Assembly: GCA_951406725.2 (NCBI GenBank)
Contig: OX597821.1
Coordinates: forward strand, 90,520,001 to 90,584,000
DNA length: 64,000 bases
Direction: 5' to 3'
Source: Octopus vulgaris
Lineage: Eukaryota
Shown here: positions 13,051 through 27,327 of the stretch, piece by piece
Layout of the letters: the number at the start of each line of letters is the position of its first letter
Numbering within the stretch: position 1 is the first letter of the stretch
Translations under genes and position numbers: made by a program
Notes under the pieces: generated by a model
Told to the model about the DNA's origin: nothing
Seen by the model: the letters and a program-made list of their open reading frames with translations, nothing else
Databases searched by the model: none

Positions 13051-14290
13051 TAGAATATATATATATTTACATCAAGTGCAGGACATCATCAACGAGTGAA
13101 AAATACGTAAACACATAATGAGATTCAAGAGCGGAACAAAATACCAAAAGAAGTCTGACTCTTGCTCAGTTGTCGACTGTTAATTACTCCCCATTTTGAG
13201 CTTTCAACGACAAGATAGAAAACCTTCATAAAATAGTAGCATTGTATTAAAGTAAGAGCTACTAATAGTTACTTGCCATTGAGATACGTGTTTAGGGAGA
13301 TTTTTATAACTGCCTTGTGTCTACAAGCAATTTCTGGCTCTGGTGTGGTTTGTTCTATTTGGAAAATATTTACCTCTTACTGAATGAGAGGAGTACTCCT
13401 TTATTGATCATACTTTGATGGAACAGTAAACTATATATTTCACCTACGCATTCACATAAAACTCACTTGTTCCAAGAAAATGGTTTACTGATTTGCTGAC
13501 AGCAGACTCCATATATATGTGTAGTTGTGTGCATGTATGCAAATACATCTACATCTTTAATATGATGACATAATACAATTGTTTTTACACACCTGTACTA
13601 AATAAATAATGCTGCAAACGAGAAGACGGGATAAATTTCTTAAGTGTATTTACAAAACATAAAATTTAAAGAAAAACTTCAATATATCTGTTAAATCGCT
13701 GTTGATGTTTCTTTTTTCTCACTGCTTATTAATTCAAGTTAGGAAAATTTTTTTTTTCAATCATTTGAAATGTGGCAAGTCTCTCTGCGATGTTTTCGTT
13801 AAAACTTTATTTTAGACTAAATTCAAAGATTGCTTAGCGCCGGCTAATTTAATTATTAAAAGAAGCAAATGAAATTTTTCTTTCTTTTAAGTGCTGAGAA
13901 TGTTTCCTTGTAATTTATTTTGTAGCACAAATTTCATATTTTAAAAATAATCGAAAGTACTAAAGAAATTACATGGAAATATAAAAGAGTAAGCATCGTA
14001 ATTTTGGCTGGCAAAAGAATATCAATAACACAGAAACTGTATATGTAAACGAATGAGTTTGCGATTCCGAACAGTTGACGAGTGAGGGCTTCAGACACAA
14101 CCAACACACCTTGCGATATACTGCGCGCCCGTGCTGCAACCGTGCACTACACTAGATACACCGTTAGTCTTTTGTGTCATCTCTCTGTCTTCGTGTTTCT
14201 TGCTTGCAAGCCCATTTTCCATCCAACCGTCCTCCTAGAATGTTGGCACAGAGGTCCTAGGGACTGATCACGTACACTTTTGACTGACAT

Positions 14291-14968
14291 ACTGGTACTC
14301 TGCTGGTTAGGACGACCAGGTTTCCAGTTGATCCGATCAACGGAACAGCCCTTTCTTGAAATTAAGGTGCAAGAAACTGAGCACCTCGCAGACATGCATA
14401 CCTATTTCTTTACTACTCACAAGGGGTTAAACACAGAGGGGACTAACAAGGACAGACAAACGGATTAAGTCGATTACATCGACCCCAGTGCGTAACTGGT
14501 ACTTATTTAATCGACCCCGAAAGGATGAAATGCAAAGTCGACCTCGGCGGAATTTGAACTCAGAACGTAGCGGCAGACGAAATACCTATTTCTTTATTAC
14601 CCACAAGGGGCTAAACACAGAGAGGACAAACAAAGACAGACAAACGGATTAAGTTGATTACATCGACCCCAGTGCGTAACTGGTACTTAATTTATCGAGC
14701 CCGAAAGGATGAAATGCAAAGTCGACCTCGGCGGCATTTGAACTCTGAACGTAACGGCAGACGAAATACGGCTACGCATTTTGCCCGGCGTGCTAACGTT
14801 TCTGCTAGCTCGCCGCCTCCTCACAGGCATGCATACCCTTAACGTAGTTCTCAAGGAAATTCAGAATGTGACAGGACAGGGCTGACCCTTTGAAATACAG
14901 GTACAACTCACTTTTGTCAGCTGAAGTGACAGGAGCAAAGTGAGATAAAGTGTCTCAATCAAGGACAT
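14291..14968 (-). mobile_element. SINE family D (CORE/Meta-like) split by a family B insertion
   Basis: Segments 14291-14402 and 14819-14968 are the reverse complement of the family D copy at 22098-22413. Confidence 0.75.
14403..14818 (-). mobile_element. SINE family B tandem dimer with a ~19-bp target-site duplication
   Basis: Two head-to-tail units (14403-14584, 14585-14818) flanked by CCTCGCAGACATGCATACC and CCTCACAGGCATGCATACC. Confidence 0.88.
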
Positions 14969-16104
14969 GCAATAACAACACAGACGTTGCGTGGGCCTTG
15001 ACCGCTCTGTGCGGCAGCCAAATTGGCTGCTGCTCCTACCTCAAATGTAACATACCTTCCGTATTAGGAAAACATACGTATATAAAATAGCTGCTCTGTG
15101 CGGTCCACATACCTCATACCCAGCAATGAATGCTAATACAATCTATAAAAATAGTATTACAAATATATGAAAAAAATAACACGTTTTACTTAATGTCCTT
15201 AATAAAACCTTTGAAGCAAAATAAAATCTTCAAATCAATCGTTTATTGAAGTTTTTCGATGGCATTTTACTGTGGCTATGTTCCTACTATTATTATTATT
15301 ATTCCTTGGATTCATGAAAAAAATGAACTTTTTCTTGTTTAAATCAAAATTTAATTATTACACAACATCTGTTAAAGTAAGCAGAAATAGCATTAAAAAA
15401 CGAAGTTTCGAGAAAAATTCCTTTGTACTATATATTAAAGATGTTTTTCGTTAAAATTGAAAGCTTGTTAATAACAATTTGTGTATTCTTTCATTTTAGA
15501 GCATATGTATATTTTTTTAGTCAAAATTTTCCGAACCATGTAATATTTTTTGATTTAGCTTCAAAAACGAATTTTTTAAAAACTTTAAATGTGTACAAGA
15601 CAGACACTTTATATTGATTTTAAGCTTTCTTAACCGACAGAGGAATCTTTGTAAGTCATTATGTTAATTGGAACAGGTCTTTATTTAATCAAAAATCTAC
15701 TAGGTTACTATTTGTTAGTTATAAAGCTATCGAATGCTGAACCCGGTTTCCTGTCTTGGCAAGCGAATGTAGCTGTAATCTAAATAACAATTTAGACACT
15801 ATATTTAGAGTTTTCTTTAAGGGACTTTGTATTTATCCCAAAAGTTTGCTATAATATGATCTTGTATTCATGGAAAAGTTTGAAGGCATAATATTCATTG
15901 CACGAAAGGATGAAATAACTATGTACTGTACTAAAAGGACATATAACAGTATGTTTTTAAATCAGTAAATTTAAACATGAATCGATTTCCCTCCCTTTGA
16001 TACACGGTTTTCTTTAGATTAAAAAATGATGTATAAACATATCTATTGATATATCTTTATATACATACATGCGTATACGCACACACACACACACACACAC
16101 ACAC

Positions 16105-17413
<1,309 letters not shown>

Positions 17414-17639
17414 ATGAGAGGAACAAACACACACCCACACACACATATATATATATGTGTGCGTCTATACAAACATATATGTAAATATGTATACAACCTT
17501 CAGCTAAGTAACAGTCATGTACACAACTTGGACGGACACATGCCAGTACACGGACATACGTTCACATACACATACACATGTACACACTCTCACGGACACA
17601 TCTGCCCATTCTCCTAGACACTCACATACATACGTAGCA

Positions 17640-17880
17640 CATGAATACAAACATACATACATACCTACGTATGGGCATACACACGTACATACGCACGTAC
17701 ATGTACACACACACATACATGGGCACATGCATACGGGCGCGTATACATACATACGCACATGCGTACGTATGTACATACATACATACATACATACATACAT
17801 ACATACATACATACATACATACATACATACATACATACATACATACATACATACATACGCACATACATACATACATACGA
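17640..17880. repeat. (TACA)n microsatellite with a degenerate flank
   Basis: Direct observation. Confidence 0.95.
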
Positions 17881-18269
17881 ACAATAGTAAAACATTAGTT
17901 CTGTGATATAGAGATAAAAATCTGATAATAGATTTTAGGGTATAGTTCTTGTGAGCAAGCGTCATAAATTCACTTTCTAGCCTCGGCCGTAGGGAGTTGA
18001 AATTTGATAGCGTTGTGATGAGTGGTCACTCTACATCCATCCATCGCTACAGGTTTATAACTTTATGTTTTATAGAGTGTATGTGCGTGCTTATACACAC
18101 ACATACATATATACATACATACATACATACATACATACATACATACATGCATACACAGGCGTATGTGCGGACATGAATACGTACATACATACACACATGT
18201 ATGCATACATACACACATACATACGTACATACATATATATGACGAACTAACAGTTACTTTCTTAGATGC

Positions 18270-18479
18270 AGCACGGACTTTGTCAGTGAACAGGTCGCGG
18301 ATTTTAGCGACGAAAATATTTTGACAAATTAAACTTAAATGTTGGAGTGAATCGAACGGCTTTTGTGTGTTTCTTAAATGGCTTATAAACACCTCCCACG
18401 CTGCAATTGTTTTCGTTTCAGCACACGATCTCAGATCAAATTACTTGCTATGCCATACTAATACGAGTACATCTCCGTA
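18270..18479. mobile_element. Probable MITE fragment ending in GTACATCTCCG-TA
   Basis: CpG-rich, non-repetitive block ending at a TA next to a TA tract. It resembles a Tc1/mariner-type MITE end; the left TIR is not seen. Confidence 0.4.
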
Positions 18480-18484
18480 TTTTC

Positions 18485-18547
<63 letters not shown>

Positions 18548-18946
18548 TGCAAATATAATGCACAATAAAAATTAATAAGTCATGAACAAGATTTAACAAA
18601 CGGGATATTAGCCTAACACTTTAACAGCATTATTAATTATCTTAACGTTTCGGATCTTAGTCTTTCATTAGAGAACGAGAGAAATATAGAGAAAGCAAGA
18701 AAAAAAAATAGTGTGAAGGAAAATAAAAAAGAAAATTTCAAAGATTTTTTGTTCTCATTGCTTCATAACCATTTGTTAGCATTCTCGGGTATTAAACATA
18801 TTTCATTTTCATAACAAGAACCATCCCGAAAATAAACAAAAATACGATTATATACTTTAATGACTCGGAAAAAAATGAGAAGATAAAAATACCTGTCTCA
18901 CACTCCCCCTTTCTTTGTATACTTGTATAACTATCTCGCTATACAG

Positions 18947-19036
<90 letters not shown>

Positions 19037-19065
19037 ATGTATATATATATACATACATACATATA

Positions 19066-19121
<56 letters not shown>

Positions 19122-19349
19122 TATTTATACATATACACACACACACACATATATATATGGGGGGTGCGTATATACAAATATGTAGATGTTATGTTTGCAT
19201 TGACTGAGTCAATTTTATTCTACGTAATAGATGATTTCATTCAAATTACTCAATTCATTTAAAAATATTTTTTTACCTCATCTTTTGTGGAGAACTAATT
19301 TCCCTTTTCTGTCATTCGTAGATTTTATTGCTCTGATTGAAAATTATTG

Positions 19350-19366
19350 AGTGTGTGTGTGTGTGT

Positions 19367-19455
<89 letters not shown>
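19350..19455. repeat. (GT)n microsatellite
   Basis: Direct observation. Confidence 0.98.
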
Positions 19456-19456
<1 letters not shown>

Positions 19457-19699
19457 CGGTATGTGTGTATGTGTGTGTATATGTGCGTGCGTGTTTAGAC
19501 ATATACATGTGTGTGTGTATGCCTCTATATATGTTTTCTTTTCTCTTTCTCATAAACATTTTTTTTCCGCTGAATATGTACCCGCTCCTATACATATACA
19601 GCTATACATATACATCAGTATGATATACATGTATTTTATATATATATATACTCTTTAGCTTTCTCATTCCTTGATATCCAGCTTGAACTGTTTGCCCTT

Positions 19700-20700
19700 C
19701 ATGTATGGTTAAAAGATATTTTCTGTACTTGAATAAGCAACATGTTGTTCGATTGTTCAGTGTTCCAGTTGTTGTTGTTCATATTGCATTTCTAATATTT
19801 GTCAGAGTATATCACTCGAAACATAACATTATCAAAACGGACTGATTCAACTAAAATGGCGTCAGACACCAACACTAAAACAGTCAACCGATTTCAGTAT
19901 TTTACGTGTGTGTGTGTATGTGTGTATTCTTTTATTTCCTTATTCTTTTATTTGCTCCAGCTACAGTACTGTAGCTATGCTGGAAGACCATCAATATTTA
20001 ATTTTCTTTTTATATTAAAATGAAATTCCACGAATTATGACTTTGAGTTTCACGTTTTACTGACCTTCATGCAATAAAAAACTGAATCAACTGATCTTAT
20101 ATTTATGCATGAAATAAAATCCGCTGAATATGCGACGCACGTTAGCAACAAAAATATCATGATTTCTAGCATGAGAATCAGCCATTCAGTGTTTAGCCGT
20201 TAGGCATTTTAAAATATTTCAGCAAAAATCTCGATTTATGGCGACAAAAGTACTTTAGCACTGAACGGGTGAATTCCTATAGAACAAATTTTTATATCTT
20301 TTTTTTTTCAAAATACGAAGATCAAACGATTTGGCATGTATATTTATATATATATCGGAATGATATATATATAGATTCTGTATACATATTGAATATATGT
20401 ATATATATATACGTATATACTTTGATAAATTTCGTATGTCAAAAATCTGTCAGGATATCTGAAATAATATTTGTATTGATTATATGTTAACTTGAAAGGA
20501 TTTTTAGCAAACCCAGTATAATCCTTAGAAACTGAATCATCACTAACCATATATAGTTTAAATCAATAAAACTAGTTCAGATCAATTTCGATATATGAAA
20601 AAAATTCTAATGGACGATTATAATTTAAATCTGATATTCTCTCCTTTATTGAGCGCTGTTGCTGAACCCTTTTCGCACGTAGAACAATGGTATGTATAAT
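19700..20700 (+). promoter_or_regulatory. Candidate promoter / first-exon region
   Basis: Repeat-free and CpG-retaining, with a YY1-type AAAATGGCG at 19853-19861 and ACAATG|GTATGT (ATG followed by a donor) at 20684-20695. It lies just upstream of the CpG-depleted zone. Inference only. Confidence 0.25.
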
Positions 20701-21365
20701 TGATAAGCATTCATTCACATGATTATTATCATATTTTATTCTTGCCTGCTGGTTTCAAATATTTGTTGTCAGTGTTTCTGATCTTGTAGCAAATCTCTTT
20801 GCACTGCAAGTCATCCACAAATTGCGATGTATGTGTGCATATGTCAATTGTTTCATTGTTTTCACTCCTTTGTGATGATAAACGGTGATGTCATATGAGA
20901 ATTATACTATCATATTTAATATCAACTATTAAATTACTGAAGTTGTGTGTGATTTGTCTTTTCATTTAGATTCCTAACTACTCCCACATTTTGCGGTGCA
21001 GTTTTTAACCAAAAGCGGGTATCTTATAGATTCATATCGAGCCCTTCTGGATTTTCTCATTTAGCGCTTTTCTAAGATAAGTCTACAATGAATAAACAGA
21101 CGATAGTTATCATCATTTTTCACTGGTTTAGTCTTGTTTGTTTTGCTCGGATTATATAAGTGGGAGAGTTAGTCGGTGGGTTCTTTCCCCTTATAAACTA
21201 GTCTGGTTTCATTCATTATTGGTATGGTTGGTTGGTTAACGAATGCATAATGGACATGGCTGGCTGGCTGGCTGGCTGGCTGGTTGGTCGGTCGGTCGGT
21301 CGGTCGGTCGGTCGGTCGGTCTGATGTTATTTCAATACGTATGTCGAGTTAGTTATATCTCTTTC

Positions 21366-21921
21366 ACTCTTTTACCCTTTTACTTGTTTCAGTCATTTGA
21401 CTGCGGCCATGCTGGAGCACCGCCTTTAGTCGAGCAAATCGACCCCCAGGACTTATTCTTTGTAAGCCTAGTACCTATTCTATCGGTCTTTTTTGCCGAA
21501 CCGCTAAGTTACGGGGACCTAAACACACCAGCATCGGTTGTCAAGCAATGCTAGAGGGACAAACACAGACACACAAACACACACACGCATATATATATAT
21601 ATACATATATAGACAGTAAACAGACTAGCATCGGTTGTCAAGCGATGCTAGGAAGACAAACACAGACACAAACACACACACAAACACACACAAGCATATA
21701 TATATATATATATACATCGGTTGTCAAGCGATGTTGGAAGACAAACACACACACACATACATATACATATATACGACGGGCTTCTTTCAGTTTCCGTCGA
21801 CCAAATCCACTCACAACGCTTTGGTCGGCCCGAGGCTATAGCAGAAGACACTTGCCCAAGGTGCCACGCAGTGGAAATGAACCTGGAACCATGTGGTTGG
21901 TAAGAAAGCTACTTACCACAC
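21366..21921 (-). mobile_element. SINE family A with an internally triplicated segment
   Basis: CATCGGTTGTCAAGC.ATG...GACAAACAC occurs three times (~21532, ~21630, ~21716). Confidence 0.9.
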
Positions 21922-22097
21922 ATGAATTATCATTCTATATCTAATACTCTCTTTTATTGAGCATTTTTGGTTAATATCTTTGCATGGATAAATTTTCTCA
22001 TTGCAACTGAAAAATATTTATCCACACGATTATGAAACTTATGTGAGTGCATGTATATGTAGGTGTATGTATATATACTCGTGGGGGGGGGGGGTAC

Positions 22098-22413
22098 GAA
22101 GGCATGTGACTTAGTGGTTAGCGTTTTCGGCGATCGTAAGTTAGGTGGTGGTTTGTGTCCTTGAGCAAGACACTTTATTTCACGTTGCTGCAGTTCACTT
22201 GAGGTGGCAACAATATGTTGTACCTGTACTTCAAACGGCCAGTCTTGTCGCATTCTGTGTCAAGCTGAATCTCCCTGAGAACTCCATGAAGGCGACCATG
22301 GGGAGTCTGTTGAGTGATGCCCAGCCACTTGCACATGAATTTCACGAGCAGGCTGTTCCACTGACCGGATCGACTGGAACACTTGTCGTCGTAACCGCCG
22401 AGGGAGTACCAGT
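22098..22413 (+). mobile_element. SINE family D
   Basis: tRNA-like head GGCATGTGACTTAGTGGTTAG and CORE-like GTGTCCTTGAGCAAGACACTTTA; inverted copy at 14291-14968. Confidence 0.8.
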
Positions 22414-22414
22414 G

Positions 22415-22474
<60 letters not shown>

Positions 22475-22488
22475 CATATATAGATATA

Positions 22489-22570
<82 letters not shown>

Positions 22571-22662
22571 CGAAAATGCTTGATCTAAAATCTCTCTAAA
22601 AGATCAACATAGTTTGTACTGACAAGTAATATTCGTAGCCACTTCGGCATGGCTGTCCATTC

Positions 22663-23006
22663 GAGCGGACTCCACTGCGATTTTGTAACCCAAAGAGGAC
22701 ATCTCTTCTAGCTGGTTAACGAAGCACAGCTGCATCCGATGAAATTGAGCAAGGGAGCGCGAATATCTACCATCTCCTAGCGACGAGACCAGTAGACCAG
22801 TACTGGTTTCGGTCTATTTCTGCCACTCCCCAGTACTGGACACCTCGTCTACTAGAAATGATAGCAGCTCGCTTCTGCACGGAATATATATATATTTCAA
22901 ATGAACACACATTCACTGATTTTGCAATAAGCAGAGGCAGCTGTGCATGGTTAACCATCTAGAGGAGATGTACTCTTGGGGGAAAAAATCGCAGTAGAGT
23001 CCGCTC
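22663..23006. mobile_element. MITE with ~70-bp imperfect terminal inverted repeats (GAGCGGACT...AGTCCGCTC)
   Basis: The left arm GAGCGGACTCCACTGCGATTTT...GCACAGCTGC matches the reverse complement of the right arm GCAGCTGTGC...AAAATCGCAGTAGAGTCCGCTC. Confidence 0.8.
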
Positions 23007-23279
23007 TCGTTTGTTTATCAATATCGATAACGCAGCAAATGATTTCAGCTCGAAAGAGAGCATACGATTGGTTAAAATTCGAAAAATTAAACTACGTTAA
23101 ACAAACGAATTAGAAATTTATCAAAAAAGTCAAGCGAAAATAATGTTTTTCTTTTGACACATTCTACCAGTATACGAAGTTTCAAATTGTTTAATTAACT
23201 AGAAATTGTGTTGAATTCCGTCTATCAAAAGGAAAAGATCCCAGCTATGTTAAAGTGGCTACGAATACACACACACGCG

Positions 23280-23353
<74 letters not shown>

Positions 23354-24169
23354 AAATCACTATCCCAACCAATAATTCTATATCTTTCATCCTTACACTT
23401 TACCAAACTCAACATAATAGACTACCATTCATATACTATCTGCTTCACCCTCCTATTCCCCTTTCTACTTCCAACCTCTACTACTACTCCCTTATTAGCC
23501 TCATTTTTAACCCCTCACCCTGAACTATCTTTTCTCTTCTCACCATTCCCTCTTTTAATACCCCCGTCTCCCCTCTAATGCACTTAGCTCTCTCCATTTT
23601 TCCAAACATGATCAGCTATTTCCGATTTATCAATATCTCCTGCATTAAGATGTCACAGATCTTTGCGATGTTCGTCTACCCTATATTATACTCATCTAAT
23701 GCTCCGGCCATTTTGTAATTGACCAAATCTACTAACAATATTATGGATTACCAAGACCCCAGAAACAGCTCACTTTGGTCATATTGCACTCTGTCTATTG
23801 GACATGGTTTATACTCGAAGGAGATATATATGCGAAGTGTTATACATCTTGAATACTGTCCTGTTGGTCATATGAAAGCCGCATATCCTCCGTATCTTTT
23901 CGGAAAAAGACAGTATGCAATCTACCGTTTAGTATTGCGAAGGTAGAAAGAGAGATTAGATTCCCATATCAGTCTCGTGTCAGCGACGAGAGAATCGAGG
24001 AGGAGGAGTGAGAGAAGATGAAGGGGAGAGGAAGTTACTAAGATTGTCTACCAAAGCTTGATAGATAAGGAAATGAGTGAATATTTCACCATGAAACCTG
24101 TGGAGAGTCTTTATAATACTTAGCAAATAAATACTAAAGGAAACATAGTTACTTCCTGAGTCATAGTGA

Positions 24170-24192
24170 CTCATAGGGCCAGTTTCTTCTGT

Positions 24193-24227
<35 letters not shown>

Positions 24228-24650
24228 CCCCACCTGGATGGGATGCCAGTCCATCGCAGGTTTACTCATATTTGCCAACTGAGTGGATTGGAGCAACGTA
24301 GCATGAAGTGTTTTGCTCAAGAACACAATGTGTCACCTGGTTCGGAAATAGAAGCCACTATCTCATGATCATGAGTCCAACAACTTCACTATTAAGCCAT
24401 GTGCCTCCACTAAGAAAAACATTAAAAAATATAAATAAATGCACCCTTTTAAAGCCTAGCCAGGTTCATGGGCGCAGTTTCCCGGTTTCAATGGCGTATG
24501 TGTTCCCAAGCTGGATGAGACATCAGTCCATTGCAGCGTTACTCATTTTTGGCAACTGAGTGGACAGGAGTAACGTGAAATGAAGTGTTTTGCTCAAGAA
24601 CATAATGCATCGCCCAGTCCACCCTAACCACTAAGGTACGCGCCTCTACT
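24170..24650 (-). mobile_element. Two tandem SINE family E copies (V-domain-like)
   Basis: CTGGATGGGATGCCAGTCCATCGCAG is the reverse complement of a V-SINE-like motif; GAAGTGTTTTGCTCAAGAACA occurs in both copies. Confidence 0.7.
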
Positions 24651-24799
24651 AAGGAAAACATACCCCACTTCTAATTTCTCTACCGTCTCCATGATATATC
24701 TCACACTATTCTGGAATATGTGGAACAATATAGCTAAATATCTAATTCCAGCCCTCAGCCAAATATGTTTTTACTACAATATCCTAATTCAGTTTATTA

Positions 24800-25930
24800 G
24801 TCATTCTTCTCAAATGTCTATTTGCAACTCAGTTGCAGGCTTGAAGTAACTCCTAACTTTCTTCAAAATATTATTTACTAAAAAGAAAATATCGCTACGA
24901 TACTTTTTAAAGTGTTTAATTAGCAATTTATTATCATATCATGGCCTAATTATTCATTCCTTCAGATGATTACTTTATCTACAAACAAGTCAAATCAATT
25001 ATCTATTCCACCGTATCTTATCTGACTGGAAAAAATGTTGTTACTCAAAACATCTAGAGTGCAGTTGGATGCTTTAAGATATTGCTACCACTTAAAAATT
25101 TAGACCATCATTTCTGTTACGACTATTATAAACATTAGTTATTGCATGTCTTTTTACAGTTTTATTATTTTTTTTTTATGGTAACATCTAAATAATTTGT
25201 GAGGTGCTTCTGTTTGCTTCCAAATCATTAACATAAATTTGTTTTTAAAATTCTGTAATTAAAAAACAATAATAGGATCTATATACCTACAACATCCATG
25301 TAGCTGCTTAATTAAACCTATATTTTATATATTTATTTATTTGTTTGTTTGTTTGTTTGCATAAATAATTAAGGAAATTAAACTCACATGATGAGATCTG
25401 TTAGCTATCAAAGGACTACAGTTACAACCCATACAGACTCCCTTAACTTGTTTAAGCACTCTACCTGCAAACTAAAAACATGCATAATTAATCACAAATG
25501 TAATTACCCTTTCCAGATTATTCTCTATCCAACTTGTATATCAATTATATCTTAATTTAGAAGGAAAACTTTCACCACTTTTAATCATTGTATATTTAAA
25601 TTTCTCCCCAAATGCTAAATCCACGATTTTATGTATCTCATCTTCCAATAATTTTAAATCTAAATTCGTATACAGCACAGGAAAATTATACATATGCATT
25701 GTCTTAATTTCTTTTATGCCTTTGAGCTTCCTCAAGATTTATATCGGTATTTTGGTATATTGCATTGCAAATACATCACTAAACAACATAGCAAATTAAC
25801 TGTTAATAATCTTTCTTGCACTAGCTATAAATCTGCTTTTGTATTGTATTTTATGCAATTTCAGACTCCAAAACAATTTAAAGATGCATATGTTCTCTTC
25901 TCATCTATAAATATTGCTAAAGTTTTCTAC
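24800..25930 (-). pseudogene. Penelope-like element RT relic (Naiad/Chlamys-type motifs)
   Basis: Minus strand, in correct order: KLHKIQYKSRFIAS, YNFPVLYTNL (DFxxLYT), KQVKGVCMGCNCSPLIAN (QxxGIPMGxNCSP) and RYIDPI (YIDD). Confidence 0.75.
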
Positions 25931-25946
25931 TTCAAATACAAATTCA

Positions 25947-26361
25947 GCTCTTACTCTTTACTCTTTTACTTGTTTCAGTCATTTGACTGTGGCCATGCTG
26001 GAGCACCGCCTTTAGTCGAGCAAATCGACCCCGGGACTTATTCTTTGTAAGCCCAGTACTTATTCTATCGGTCTCTATTGCCGAACCGCTAAGTGACAGG
26101 GACCTAAACACACCAGCATCAGTTGTCAAGCAATGCTAGGGGGACAAACACAGACACACAAACACACACACATACACATATATATACGTACATATATACG
26201 ACAGGCTTCTTTCAGTTTCCGTCTACCAAATCCACTCACAAGGCATTGGTCAGCCCGGAGCTATAGCAGAAGACACTTGCCCAAGATGCCACGCAGTGGG
26301 ACTGAACCCAGAACCATGTGATTGGTTAGCAAGCTACTTACCACACAGCCACTCCTGCGCC
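25947..26361 (-). mobile_element. SINE family A, full length, with CpG decay
   Basis: Colinear copy with several CG->TG/CA changes relative to the 16134-16550 copy. Confidence 0.92.
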
Positions 26362-26477
26362 AGTATCAGTATATTATTAACATCTGGTACACACACACAC
26401 ACAAACACACACATATGTGTCATCGATGTATCTTCTATCCAAAAAACAAGCACACTCTAAAGTATAGAATAGTAAAG

Positions 26478-26818
26478 TATTAAGGTAATAAAGTTAATGT
26501 CTGGTAATAGAGTGACCAGTGGTTTCGAATCTACGAAGGTTGTAGCCTCGTGGACTACGCATCAGATTCTAGTCAAAGGACAAATTTAACTTTTCACCTC
26601 TGGGAGGTAGAAGTTTTGTTACAATCACTGGTCATTTAGTCATCAAAGAAAAAATAATCCACCAATGGTGAAGATGGGTCATTTCCCCTAGACCAGAGGT
26701 TAAGAGTCAAATTTGTCCTTGGAATAGAGTCTGATGAGTCATCTGCCAAGCTGCAGCCTTTGGGGATGGAAATCCATTGGTCACTCTATAACCAGACATT
26801 AACTTTATTACTTTAATA
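26478..26818. mobile_element. Long palindromic MITE / hairpin element (~135-bp arms)
   Basis: TATTAAGGTAATAAAGTTAATGTCTGGTAATAGAGTGACCA pairs with TGGTCACTCTATAACCAGACATTAACTTTATTACTTTAATA; the inner AAGGACAAATTT...CCTCTGG pairs with CCAGAGG...AAATTTGTCCTT. Confidence 0.85.
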
Positions 26819-26856
26819 ATGTGTGTGCATGTGTGTGTGTATGTGTATGTGTTTGT

Positions 26857-26895
<39 letters not shown>

Positions 26896-27327
26896 TATGT
26901 ATAAAATTTAAAACAGTTTGATTTGGATCCATGCAACTTCAAAGTCTTGCAGACCATTCTTTAGATTCACACACCATTTCTTTAGATTACCCCAAAAAAG
27001 AAATGCAGAAAATCCAAGAAGGTCACTAGAAAATAGGCTGCTATTGATCAAGGACGGTCATGTAGTGTTGTTAGAGTAGGATCAGTTGCTCATCAATAGA
27101 ATTTCCTTCCGGAAGAGGAATCTATTAATTCTTTCATTGAGCAGCTGGACAAGAAGCTAATGAGTCTAAATGTCTGGGTGTGGCAGAAATAAGGCTGGTT
27201 AGTGTGGGAGTGTGTGTATGTGTGTATGTATACATACATATATATGCAAGATGTAGGAATGCATGGATGTGGATATGTTATTGGTTGTATGGGTGTGTGT
27301 GTGTGTATACATGTGCATATACATATG

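Noticed and set aside
26731-26760. CTGATGA in the palindromic element as a hammerhead
   Set aside because: There is no properly placed GAAA box after a helix II.
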